Shown here: positions 1 to 7,609 of the stretch, in pieces
Numbering within the stretch: the first letter of the stretch is position 1
How the letters are laid out: each line of letters begins with the position of its first letter
Virus record (IMG/VR): IMGVR_UViG_3300006025_000027
Location: 1 to 32,098 of that record
Length of the DNA: 32,098 bases
Direction: 5' to 3' (one strand)
Source of the DNA: a virus
Lineage: Duplodnaviria; Caudoviricetes
Notes under the pieces: model-generated
The model's input: only the letters and a program-made list of their open reading frames with translations
What the model was told of the DNA's origin: nothing
Database searches by the model: none
Translations under genes and position numbers: made by a program

Positions 1-7
1 AAAGAAT

Positions 8-169
8 ATGGCAAGCAAGAAGAAGGCGCGTCGCACCTACGCTTACCTTGAGCAGTGGGATACCCGCTTTGGTAAGTCTGATCGTGTTGTGATCCGTGAG
101 CAGGGACGGTTTGTGGACAATGTTTCCCTCACCGCCCTTCGCAAGGGCGAGAAGGTTCAGTCTCGCTAA
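8..169 (+). CDS. small basic hypothetical protein (53 aa, MASKKKARRTYAYLEQW...)
   Basis: Hand-translated, ATG 8 to TAA 169; below the ORF-track cutoff; followed by a hairpin. Confidence 0.7.
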   Translation: MASKKKARRTYAYLEQWDTRFGKSDRVVIREQGRFVDNVSLTALRKGEKVQSR

Positions 170-181
170 TCACTCACAATA

Positions 182-216
182 GAGGGGGGTCAGGGCTTGA
201 CACTCTGGCCCCCTTC
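182..216 (+). terminator. 14-bp GC-rich hairpin with G-U pairs, loop CTTGACA; possible terminator or processing stem
   Basis: gaggggggtcaggg 182-195 pairs with ctctggcccccttc 203-216; no U-tract. Confidence 0.5.
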
Positions 217-225
217 GTGTATCAT
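197..225 (+). promoter_or_regulatory. housekeeping-sigma promoter TTGACA-N17-TATCAT, leaderless start at ATG 233
   Basis: TTGACA 197-202, TATCAT 220-225, ATG 7 nt downstream. Confidence 0.8.
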
Positions 226-232
226 GGGAGGC

Positions 233-454
233 ATGATGACGATGCAGCGATTAGCAGACAAGGTGATTGACCTCTTGGCTGACTCACGTTACACAATGCA
301 GGATATGGATAGGCTAGGGTTTCATGTGGTGGACAACTCTTTTCGTGGGGTAAGGCAAAACGTACTTGCACTAGCAGACTCTATCCTGTACCATAGCAGC
401 ACACCCTTTGATGGAAGCGAGGACGAAAATGGCAACCAATACACCCTTTGGTGA
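233..454 (+). CDS. hypothetical protein
   Basis: ORF 197..454; start moved to ATG 233 because TTG 197 is the -35 box. Confidence 0.65.
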   Translation: MMTMQRLADKVIDLLADSRYTMQDMDRLGFHVVDNSFRGVRQNVLALADSILYHSSTPFDGSEDENGNQYTLW

Positions 455-704
455 GAAGTGCGAACTACTGCAAGAGTTCTACATGGGCTATTGCAATGAT
501 GACGAGTGGCAAGATTTTTTTGAGGTAAACGATGTGGGTATTCCTGCTGCCTACCTTTCTATGCTAGGCATGGTAGAACTCACGCCTGCTGGTGTCCTTG
601 CTGTCAATGAAAGTTGGGAGTCACTTTGCATTGCTCTCAAGATTGACCCTCATCTAGAATACACTAGCGTTGATGAAATGATGGGCTTCTTGCGTGAAGG
701 GTGA
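429..704 (+). CDS. acidic hypothetical protein
   Basis: ORF 408..704; likely start MATNTPF after gagga SD. Confidence 0.65.
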   Translation: MATNTPFGEKCELLQEFYMGYCNDDEWQDFFEVNDVGIPAAYLSMLGMVELTPAGVLAVNESWESLCIALKIDPHLEYTSVDEMMGFLREG

Positions 705-780
705 TGATTGCTTAACCACCTTCCTTGGAGGATGCGTGGCGATACTGGTTATCTTTGGCCTTATCGTCATCATCCTCTGA
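694..780 (+). CDS. 28-aa single-TM peptide (MKGDDCLTTFLGGCVAILVIFGLIVIIL)
   Basis: Hand-translated GTG 694 to TGA 780; strongly hydrophobic; overlaps upstream stop. Confidence 0.45.
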   Translation: MKGDDCLTTFLGGCVAILVIFGLIVIIL

Positions 781-788
781 GGGGGCTG

Positions 789-898
789 GGCCGGAATTTT
801 AATAAAATAAAAAAGGATTACGAACGCAACCAAAATTTGTCCAGGCCGGAAATTTTATATTTAAAAAAGGTATTACGAAGGGCTTCAAAATTTGTCCA
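789..898. repeat. two degenerate tandem 55-bp units (GGCCGGAA...AAAAAAGG(T)ATTACGAA-N6-CAAAATTTGTCCA)
   Basis: Copies at 789-843 and 844-898; core recurs at 1564-1597. Confidence 0.85.
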
Positions 899-912
899 TG
901 CTGATGTATAAT
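884..912 (+). promoter_or_regulatory. promoter TTCAAA-N17-TATAAT, leaderless GTG 919
   Basis: TATAAT 907-912, GTG 6 nt later; -35 lies within repeat copy 2. Confidence 0.55.
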
Positions 913-918
913 ACAAAA

Positions 919-1017
919 GTGTACTTTACCTTTTGGAAGTTAGTAAAAACAAACCAGGGGTATGAGGTAAGAAAAAACATAGATATCTATAAAGAAATGA
1001 GTGTTATATATAAATGA
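919..1017 (+). CDS. 32-aa leaderless peptide coupled to the HslV-like gene
   Basis: MYFTFWKLVKTNQGYEVRKNIDIYKEMSVIYK; its TGA overlaps the next ATG (ATGA). Confidence 0.5.
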   Translation: MYFTFWKLVKTNQGYEVRKNIDIYKEMSVIYK

Positions 1018-1532
1018 CCTGCATCGTTGGAATATCAGATGGTAGTAATGTATATATAGGGGGAGATAGAGGATCATCAGATGGTACTAGTATTCTTCCA
1101 CTTACCCGCCCTAAAGTAGCATACAATGGTGATTATCTAATTGGTTATGCAGGCAGCCAGGGTATAGGTGAATTAGTACATTTTATAAAGATGCCGCCTG
1201 TTACTAATGACATACATAAGGTATTACGAACGACCTTTATATCCACACTTAAGTCTGCTATTGAAGAATATGGTAATGCATCTCATTTAGAAGATAATTC
1301 AACTGATTGGCTCCTAGGAGTCAATGGTAAATTATTTGAAATATCATCAGAGGATTGGCATATTAGTGAATTTGAGTATAGTGCTATAGGTAGTGGTGGG
1401 AATATTGCATTAGGTTCTTTGCATACCTCCCGCAATTGGAAGGACAATGAGAAAAGAATTAGATATGCATTACAAGCGGCGGTAGATATAAGTCCCACAT
1501 GCATATCTCCTATAGATATATATAAGGTATAA
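1014..1532 (+). CDS. Ntn-hydrolase, HslV/proteasome beta-subunit-like threonine peptidase
   Basis: M-T-C-I-V-G start (Thr nucleophile), GGDR...K, GYAG, AIGSGG...ALG motifs. Confidence 0.8.
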   Translation: MTCIVGISDGSNVYIGGDRGSSDGTSILPLTRPKVAYNGDYLIGYAGSQGIGELVHFIKMPPVTNDIHKVLRTTFISTLKSAIEEYGNASHLEDNSTDWLLGVNGKLFEISSEDWHISEFEYSAIGSGGNIALGSLHTSRNWKDNEKRIRYALQAAVDISPTCISPIDIYKV

Positions 1533-1735
1533 ACGTTTTTTATATTTTTCTGATATTTTCTATAAAAAGTATTACGAATTCAGCCAAAATCCCCCCATGT
1601 CAGTATTTTTTATAATGTTTTTTCGTTTTATTATATGACCAATATCCCACTATCTTCCACAACAACCCTATTTGTCCCACATTACATATAACAGTAACAA
1701 TTAAATGACAAATCAAGGGGTATAAAAGGGGTATT

Positions 1736-2053
1736 TTAAGGCTCTCTGAGCGTTTCTGGGGGGTATATCTGTTCTTCTACAAACGAATGCATATCATCAA
1801 AATCTTTCTTGGCAGTGCTGTGGCGGGGGCTATATCTATACTCAATATGAGAAAAATCTTCTCTTGGAAGAAAGAAACTAAACCTCAATCCCATAGCCAG
1901 ATGATCAAGATACAGTCCTGTATCATCTAAATAACCATTGTCTTGCACATCTTGTAGCCTAATCACTCTTTGATCCTTGGTATGTACATGTACCTCACAT
2001 TGTTCTTCATATATATCTATATGTTCTATTAGGGGGATTTCTGACCAACTCAT
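1736..2053 (-). CDS. hypothetical protein
   Basis: ORF track; coupled to upstream gene. Confidence 0.65.
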   Translation of the reverse strand: MSWSEIPLIEHIDIYEEQCEVHVHTKDQRVIRLQDVQDNGYLDDTGLYLDHLAMGLRFSFFLPREDFSHIEYRYSPRHSTAKKDFDDMHSFVEEQIYPPETLREP

Positions 2054-2331
2054 TGCGTACCCCGCTTTTTCTTGTTCTTGCGCTTCTTGCTATAACTAAC
2101 ATAGTTTGTATCAATTTTCTTAGGATTGCTACGCTTCCTGGGTTTACTTTTGTAAACAGGGGGATTACGTTCCATATCCTTTATTGCTTGAGCCAGTTCA
2201 TCTGCTGTGAGAAGTTTATCTTCATTATTATTGGCCCACTCTGTTTTTCTGGCAGCCCGTTTATTTTGCCTTTCTATATCGGAAGCGTGTGCTCCTTGAC
2301 CATACACATGTACCCGCGTATATCGTGTCAT
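2050..2331 (-). CDS. basic hypothetical protein
   Basis: ORF track; K/R-rich C-terminus; TAATG coupling. Confidence 0.65.
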   Translation of the reverse strand: MTRYTRVHVYGQGAHASDIERQNKRAARKTEWANNNEDKLLTADELAQAIKDMERNPPVYKSKPRKRSNPKKIDTNYVSYSKKRKNKKKRGTQ

Positions 2332-2795
2332 TACTTTGCCCCAACGATTCTAAAACTATCTGCAATAATTGTTCCTGGCTCAGGAATACTATTGGCCTCT
2401 GCCTTAGCCTTGATAATTCCATGAACGTACTTGCACAGTCGCTCATCTTCAAGTTCTGGCTTACTTTCTAAAGCATCTTCAAAAGATTCAATGATTACTT
2501 CTTCTGTTACGTTAAAGTCATATTGCTTTCTGAAATTTTTAGATGCCCGATCCACACCAAAAAGAAACTTTCCTATGTCCTCAAAGTACATTGATTGGCC
2601 GTACTTAGTCAGCAATTCATCAAGTGCTGTGGGAACATCTTCATAACCATAAGGCCCATCTTCTAAATCACCATGTTCAGCCCAATGGCTAAACCTGCTA
2701 TATGAATATAACTTATTGTAGTCTGCCTTTTTCTTTGCGGCAATTTGCTCTGGTGTTCTCTTAACTCTCTTTTTCTTAATTTTATTATTATTCAT
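2331..2795 (-). CDS. hypothetical protein
   Basis: ORF track; gaaagga SD. Confidence 0.7.
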   Translation of the reverse strand: MNNNKIKKKRVKRTPEQIAAKKKADYNKLYSYSRFSHWAEHGDLEDGPYGYEDVPTALDELLTKYGQSMYFEDIGKFLFGVDRASKNFRKQYDFNVTEEVIIESFEDALESKPELEDERLCKYVHGIIKAKAEANSIPEPGTIIADSFRIVGAK

Positions 2796-2818
2796 GTATC
2801 AAATCCTTTCTGTATGTA

Positions 2819-2953
2819 TTAGTCGTCTAGTTCTGCTCTGTCCATGACACCTTGATGATAGCCAATGTAGTAGGCATCAACCATGTGCTCCTTAATCTGC
2901 TCTTGTGCTTCTTCCAACATCTTGCTAAACAGCGAATCCTTTACAGCGTTCAT
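2819..2953 (-). CDS. 44-aa hypothetical protein (MNAVKDSLFSKMLEEA...)
   Basis: Hand-translated; aaggagg SD; promoter upstream. Confidence 0.7.
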   Translation of the reverse strand: MNAVKDSLFSKMLEEAQEQIKEHMVDAYYIGYHQGVMDRAELDD

Positions 2954-2976
2954 AACTTCCTCCTTTCTTGGTGTAA

Positions 2977-3005
2977 ATTATAGACTAAAATCGAATGTAA
3001 TGCAA
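2977..3005 (-). promoter_or_regulatory. promoter TTGCAT-N17-TATAAT
   Basis: Direct match on minus strand. Confidence 0.7.
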
Positions 3006-3034
3006 CTCAGGCAATTGTCGTCGTTCGTAGACAT

Positions 3035-3310
3035 TTACTTAATGTCGTCGTTCTCAGACACGGGTCTTACTGGTGCATCTACTGCACCATTGTTATATCC
3101 TTGCCAATAGGCTACGTCAAGATCTTCTTCTGACATTGACAATAAATTCCTATCACCAAAGCCATCCTTATATCCGTTATTGTAGGCGGTAATGGCATAG
3201 TCTGCATTTTCCAAAAACTCTTTTTCTGCATCTGTATATCCATCTAGATATCCCTTGACATAATTGTCAGGAATAAGATTACGAAAAAATTTAAACATTG
3301 AATACCTCAT
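3035..3310 (-). CDS. hypothetical protein with three Y-x-x-G-Y-x-x-G repeats
   Basis: YVKGYLDGY, YNNGYKDGF, YWQGYNNGA. Confidence 0.65.
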   Translation of the reverse strand: MRYSMFKFFRNLIPDNYVKGYLDGYTDAEKEFLENADYAITAYNNGYKDGFGDRNLLSMSEEDLDVAYWQGYNNGAVDAPVRPVSENDDIK

Positions 3311-3506
3311 CTGTCAACACATCCTTTTCTAATGCTTGCTTCATATATTCAAGAGTGAAGGCCAATTCTTCTAGCGTATTGCCAACAACAGGAACAGGCT
3401 CTTCTGTATAAGCAACAGGAGTATCGCCAGTATAAAATACTTCATGAATTCCATATTCAACGTCATCGCCATAATCCACAGAAATTACTCTATAGTCCCA
3501 ACTCAT
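3291..3506 (-). CDS. phage hypothetical protein (W-x-Y-R-V...IHEVFY type)
   Basis: ORF track; SD present. Confidence 0.7.
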   Translation of the reverse strand: MSWDYRVISVDYGDDVEYGIHEVFYTGDTPVAYTEEPVPVVGNTLEELAFTLEYMKQALEKDVLTDEVFNV

Positions 3507-3729
3507 TCTTTTCCTTCTTTCTCCATTTGTAGGTGTTTCTCAAATATACTGCACCAAAGAGTATAGCAAAGAATGCAAATCCCCATTGTTGTGTAGCATA
3601 GCCATAATAGAACCAAAAGCATTCAGCCACTACTCCTACAAGCCACCCCCACCAAAAATGCCTGCCTGCTAGAATCATAGCCGATAGATTTAAGGACATT
3701 AATAACCACGACCACCACCAAGGAACCAT
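3490..3729 (-). CDS. small 3-TM membrane protein, PnuC-like
   Basis: Trp-rich hydrophobic segments WWSWLL / WWGWLVG / QWGF...YLRN.YKW. Confidence 0.55.
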   Translation of the reverse strand: MVPWWWSWLLMSLNLSAMILAGRHFWWGWLVGVVAECFWFYYGYATQQWGFAFFAILFGAVYLRNTYKWRKKEKNELGL

Positions 3730-3857
3730 TACTCATCCTTACTGTCTGTGTCAGACATGCCAGGGATGTATATGGTGAGGGGTTGTTTCTTACTATTTTC
3801 CGCCGAACTTACAACTTCAAAATCCATGCCACAGTTCCAGCATCGAACGTTAGTCAC
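3729..3857 (-). CDS. 42-aa CxxC protein (MTNVRCWNCG...)
   Basis: GTG 3857 with gaggag SD; C-terminal part of track ORF 3729..3962. Confidence 0.5.
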   Translation of the reverse strand: MTNVRCWNCGMDFEVVSSAENSKKQPLTIYIPGMSDTDSKDE

Positions 3858-3985
3858 TATTGCTCCTCGTCGTAATAATCCATCAACATGCGAAAGCCTT
3901 CTGGATCGCCTATCTCTCCGTGCCCTTGGCAATAATCCATAGGATCTAAACAAACTGGGCACTCATCTTCTGGGTAATCACTCAT
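3857..3985 (-). CDS. 42-aa acidic protein with CPVC...C-x-G-H
   Basis: Hand-translated MSDYPEDECPVCLDPMDYCQGHG...; overlaps both neighbours. Confidence 0.6.
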   Translation of the reverse strand: MSDYPEDECPVCLDPMDYCQGHGEIGDPEGFRMLMDYYDEEQ

Positions 3986-4259
3986 CTATTGCTCTCCAAC
4001 ATATCGTGCATCGTGGACCATGGTCTGTTTCTTCAACATCATGTGTGCAGTCTCTTTCAAGCCTAAGTCTTTCATCTACATGTGATGGAATATAATCATT
4101 TTGTTGTCTATGTTGTGCTATATGTTCTAGCATAAGATCATAATCATACCCCGCGATAAAGTTGCCGTCAAACCCCATAGAGCAAGCACAACAAATGAGT
4201 CCATAATATACATCATCATAAATATATGCATCTGCTTCTATAAAACGACAATAAGACAT
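3978..4259 (-). CDS. Cys/His-rich hypothetical protein (MSYCRF...CCAC)
   Basis: Start moved to ATG 4259 after ggagg SD. Confidence 0.65.
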   Translation of the reverse strand: MSYCRFIEADAYIYDDVYYGLICCACSMGFDGNFIAGYDYDLMLEHIAQHRQQNDYIPSHVDERLRLERDCTHDVEETDHGPRCTICWRAIDE

Positions 4260-4299
4260 TAGTTTACTGACCTCCACGACCTGTATTTCATACCATTCC

Positions 4300-4569
4300 C
4301 TACTCTGCTCTTGACAGCCTTCTGATACCATCGTTGGTGTTTACATAAACACGCTCTATATCCTCTCCCACATCAGATTCAAGAATAACCTGATTCAATG
4401 CTGTGTGGAACAAATCCTGTGCGCTGTATGGCTCTCCTGGAGCCTCTTCTCCACTCTCTAGCAACTCATTATCTCTAATCTCTGCCGCCTCTTGTGTGCT
4501 AACATCATACTGCACAAAAAAAGTGAAAATTACATCTTTTACTTCTTCTTCTACTCTATTGTTGTTCAT
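4300..4569 (-). CDS. acidic hypothetical protein
   Basis: ORF track; gaaagg SD. Confidence 0.65.
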   Translation of the reverse strand: MNNNRVEEEVKDVIFTFFVQYDVSTQEAAEIRDNELLESGEEAPGEPYSAQDLFHTALNQVILESDVGEDIERVYVNTNDGIRRLSRAE

Positions 4570-4582
4570 TATTACCTTTCAG

Positions 4583-4675
4583 TTAATTTCTTTCTAATCC
4601 ACATTCTACACAAATATTACGACCACGCCATTCACAAAAATCATGATCGCATTGCTGCTGTTCTGCCTCGCTCAT
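4583..4675 (-). CDS. 30-aa CxH...CxxC peptide
   Basis: Hand-translated MSEAEQQQCDHDFCEWRGRNICVECGLERN. Confidence 0.5.
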   Translation of the reverse strand: MSEAEQQQCDHDFCEWRGRNICVECGLERN

Positions 4676-4718
4676 TTACAAAACCCCACATGATATATTT
4701 TACATACTGCACAGTACA

Positions 4719-4853
4719 TTATTTCTCCAAGAAATTCCTAAGATTTTTGATCTCTTCGATCAGTACCATAGTAGCATAATAATTTGCGTGTTCCATAAAA
4801 CCAATGGAAGCAAAATGTGCCGCCTTCTCTTCTAGTGTTTGCTCAACTCTCAT
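4719..4853 (-). CDS. 44-aa hypothetical protein
   Basis: Hand-translated MRVEQTLEEKAAHF...; aagga SD; overlaps upstream stop. Confidence 0.6.
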   Translation of the reverse strand: MRVEQTLEEKAAHFASIGFMEHANYYATMVLIEEIKNLRNFLEK

Positions 4854-5139
4854 CGTTTTCCTTAAACCTTTGTAGCAGATCGTCCACTGTCTCTACCTCG
4901 CTAAATACGCTTTCTTCCTGTGCAAGACCAAGTATGGATGCAACGCTCATCATGCCCTGCACCATACCCATGACTAGGTATTTTTCTTTCTTTGTTATCC
5001 CTGATATCTGTGCAAGTTCATAAGCCTCATCTGCAAATTGATTGGCAGATCCAATGAGGTGTGTGTTTAGTTGCTCTACATTAACATACAGTACTCCATT
5101 AATATTGAGGCTGTCAACATGAATGTCATCGAATATCAT
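4843..5139 (-). CDS. hypothetical protein (leaderless)
   Basis: ORF track; promoter directly upstream. Confidence 0.7.
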   Translation of the reverse strand: MIFDDIHVDSLNINGVLYVNVEQLNTHLIGSANQFADEAYELAQISGITKKEKYLVMGMVQGMMSVASILGLAQEESVFSEVETVDDLLQRFKENDES

Positions 5140-5145
5140 AGTAAT

Positions 5146-5174
5146 ATTGTATAATATGGCAGAAACTATGTCAA
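5146..5174 (-). promoter_or_regulatory. promoter TTGACA-N17-TACAAT, ATG 6 nt downstream
   Basis: Direct match. Confidence 0.8.
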
Positions 5175-5178
5175 GAAA

Positions 5179-5637
5179 TTAATGATTTTTTTCGTATACG
5201 CCAGATATATGAAAAAAATCTTCATTATGCAGGGTTACTGGAACTTGTTTTGTAAAAGGATTCTGTCTTCCATTTGAAGTTATAGAGAATAACTCTAAGA
5301 TATCAGATCCAGCAGTAACGTGACCAACAATAGAGTATTGATCGTTGTTATTTAGGATATCATGCAAACAGCCATCAGACAGCAACCTGTTATCATGTGA
5401 AGGAAATGGCAACTTAAGATAATACTGACCAGTACCAAATGTTAAAATGTTGCCAAAATTAACATCAATATTGAAACTAATTATGTTTCCAACAGATGAC
5501 CAATCTCCAGAAAACATTGGATCTCCGCTGAATGTTGGCTGTGGATCTTGTAGAGTACCACCCTCAATAATCCATGTTCCATCAGATGAACTGCCAGAGT
5601 ATTCGTATATGCCAAACTGTGTAAATCTAGCCATCAT
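5179..5637 (-). CDS. Gly/Ser/Thr-rich predicted beta-sheet protein, possibly virion or tail-fibre-tip-like
   Basis: FGTGQYYLKLPF...ISGVYE pattern resembles fibre C-terminal domains (inference). Confidence 0.5.
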   Translation of the reverse strand: MMARFTQFGIYEYSGSSSDGTWIIEGGTLQDPQPTFSGDPMFSGDWSSVGNIISFNIDVNFGNILTFGTGQYYLKLPFPSHDNRLLSDGCLHDILNNNDQYSIVGHVTAGSDILELFSITSNGRQNPFTKQVPVTLHNEDFFHISGVYEKNH

Positions 5638-5918
5638 TCACCAATTTCTAGCCCAGTAATAATTACTGCTGCCGTACTTGAGGAGCCAGATCCGATGATA
5701 AAAAGATCATCTCCTCCAGGCAACTCAAAAGATATAGCATGGTTTGGCATTATTCTATAGCCATAATTACTGGTTGTAAGAGTGTTGTCAACTCCAACAT
5801 AAACATAATCCGTTGTGTGAACATTCTGAATGGTAACATCTAGGCCAGAGTGTGTTCCCGCTGGAGTTATCCTTAGTGGTGTAGTATTTCCAACCGTAAA
5901 AATTTGATGACTTGACAT
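5634..5918 (-). CDS. small predicted beta-sandwich protein, possibly virion-associated (leaderless)
   Basis: IQN...VYVG...T..NYGYRI pattern; TGaTATAAT 6 nt before ATG. Confidence 0.55.
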   Translation of the reverse strand: MSSHQIFTVGNTTPLRITPAGTHSGLDVTIQNVHTTDYVYVGVDNTLTTSNYGYRIMPNHAISFELPGGDDLFIIGSGSSSTAAVIITGLEIGE

Positions 5919-5924
5919 AATAAA

Positions 5925-5933
5925 ATTATATCA
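5925..5933 (-). promoter_or_regulatory. extended -10 TGaTATAAT, leaderless
   Basis: 6 nt upstream of ATG 5918. Confidence 0.7.
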
Positions 5934-5960
5934 CGAACGGCAACGTGCTAAACTTATACA

Positions 5961-6494
5961 TTATGCCCTAACCATGATAACAATGTCGTCATAACGACCC
6001 TTAATGTCTCTAAAATCGAATACCTCAAAATCATATCCTTCTAGATGCTGAGATATCTTCTTGATAGACGTATCACCATTCACATCTTCAATAAAATACT
6101 TTCCACCCTTTTTCATCTTGGGGAATATTAAATCAAATGACTTCATCTGATCTGAAATTCTATGGCTTCCGTCATCAACAACGTAATCAAACTTATTCCT
6201 GGAAAAGTTTTTGTTAATAACTTCTGGATCTGTAGCATCTCCAAGGATGAAGTTTTCTATTTCAAACTCAACGCTGCCTGATCTAATATCTATTCCATAC
6301 ACCCTGGAATTCTTAAAATATTCTTGCCACATAGCAATTGAGTGACCATACTCAACACCTATTTCTAGAATAGATATGTTCGAACGCCTATTCATTTCTC
6401 TATCATATAAATCTATATAACTGTGAAGAGTTCCCTTATCGCCCCAACCTTCTGGAGCAGAATATTTTGTATAAACTTCATGAAGTGTTGTCAT
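5961..6494 (-). CDS. class I SAM-dependent O-methyltransferase (sugar O-MTase-like)
   Basis: DKGTLHSY, ILEIGV..G, GIDI, DDGSH, GGKYFIED; start MTTL after aagga SD. Confidence 0.85.
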   Translation of the reverse strand: MTTLHEVYTKYSAPEGWGDKGTLHSYIDLYDREMNRRSNISILEIGVEYGHSIAMWQEYFKNSRVYGIDIRSGSVEFEIENFILGDATDPEVINKNFSRNKFDYVVDDGSHRISDQMKSFDLIFPKMKKGGKYFIEDVNGDTSIKKISQHLEGYDFEVFDFRDIKGRYDDIVIMVRA

Positions 6495-6519
6495 TGTTAT
6501 CCTTACTGTAGACAAGTAT

Positions 6520-6549
6520 ATTTTACACCAATAAATAGAATTATGTCAA
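6520..6549 (-). promoter_or_regulatory. promoter TTGACA-N18-TAAAAT
   Basis: Direct match overlapping the sulfotransferase stop. Confidence 0.6.
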
Positions 6550-7185
6550 GTATTCTTTGCACAACTTATTATACCGCTCAAGCCCGCGATGATACATTTC
6601 ATAGTCTAATTCGTTTCTTTTCTTAAAAGCATCTATTTCTATATTTACCACATAATCTTCATTTAATTTTTTATTTGGATTAATGTTTATCCATCTTTTA
6701 GGGGCAATTATTCCTGTTGTTTTTGCCAATAAATCATATGACTTATCCATTTCTTTTGTATAGCCAACAAAGTCTATTGCCTCTGGACCATGTGGTGCAA
6801 AGAAATGTCCAAACATTTGATTAGGCTCACAGTTTTCTAAAAATTCATTCAGGCTGACCTTGGCATTTCCTTTAACATGCATGTCTGGATTTCCATCCTC
6901 CTGTAATCCTCCATGCTCTCCCCAAATAAGATGCATGTTGGGCATATCTTGCGGGGTATGGTGCTTGTAAAGATTAATGTGATGCCTAGTTACAAAATAA
7001 TAAAAAGAGATATAGGTTTGCAACGGATCTCTTACAAAAGTTATATAGGTATGTTCGTGTTCATGCTTCAGTAAGGTGCCAAGAGTCTGATGTTTTCCAC
7101 ACCATACTGTACCCTGCGACCTCCAATACTCTGCCAAACCTAGTCCACCAGTTTTAGGAACATGAATAAAACCTATTTTTTTCAT
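6541..7185 (-). CDS. sulfotransferase family protein
   Basis: FIHVPKTGG PAPS-binding loop, TFVRDP...S.Y, C-terminal N..D..MY. Confidence 0.8.
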   Translation of the reverse strand: MKKIGFIHVPKTGGLGLAEYWRSQGTVWCGKHQTLGTLLKHEHEHTYITFVRDPLQTYISFYYFVTRHHINLYKHHTPQDMPNMHLIWGEHGGLQEDGNPDMHVKGNAKVSLNEFLENCEPNQMFGHFFAPHGPEAIDFVGYTKEMDKSYDLLAKTTGIIAPKRWININPNKKLNEDYVVNIEIDAFKKRNELDYEMYHRGLERYNKLCKEYLT

Positions 7186-7412
7186 TCTGTTTCCACAATA
7201 AACATATCTTCTTGAGGTTTTTCTGTGTACTTAATCAGGGTATCTATAATATTGTCAAGGTCGGGGAGATTAAATTGAGAAAGTATAATCTTTAACTCTT
7301 CTATCGCCGTTTCTGACTGAATCAAGGAGTAAGGAATATACATGCTTGTCTTGCTTTTAGATATCTCCCAAGTTTTATCTTTTTGATAGTTTCTAAAAAA
7401 TACCTCATTCAT
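7182..7412 (-). CDS. hypothetical protein
   Basis: ORF track; overlaps neighbours. Confidence 0.6.
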   Translation of the reverse strand: MNEVFFRNYQKDKTWEISKSKTSMYIPYSLIQSETAIEELKIILSQFNLPDLDNIIDTLIKYTEKPQEDMFIVETE

Positions 7413-7602
7413 TATCTGTTACATTCTCCGTTAATCCAAATCTAGCAACCATACTAGCATACATTAGCCCCTGATTAAACCAATAGACTTGACGAAGTTC
7501 TTCATTGTCTTCAGATCTACTCTGGTATAAGCATTTATCAATATCGTCTGCAACAATCGATCTATAATACTTTTCTATTTGTTGCTCAGTATATTCAAAC
7601 AT
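7405..7602 (-). CDS. hypothetical protein (leaderless)
   Basis: TATAAT 7609-7614, 6 nt before ATG. Confidence 0.65.
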   Translation of the reverse strand: MFEYTEQQIEKYYRSIVADDIDKCLYQSRSEDNEELRQVYWFNQGLMYASMVARFGLTENVTDNE

Positions 7603-7609
7603 ATGTTAA

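Noticed and set aside
789-898. Repeat as a mini CRISPR array
   Set aside because: Units are degenerate and directly abutting, without unique spacers of typical length
708-911. 67-aa track ORF
   Set aside because: Runs through the tandem repeat and promoter; no SD; an alternative frame is more plausible
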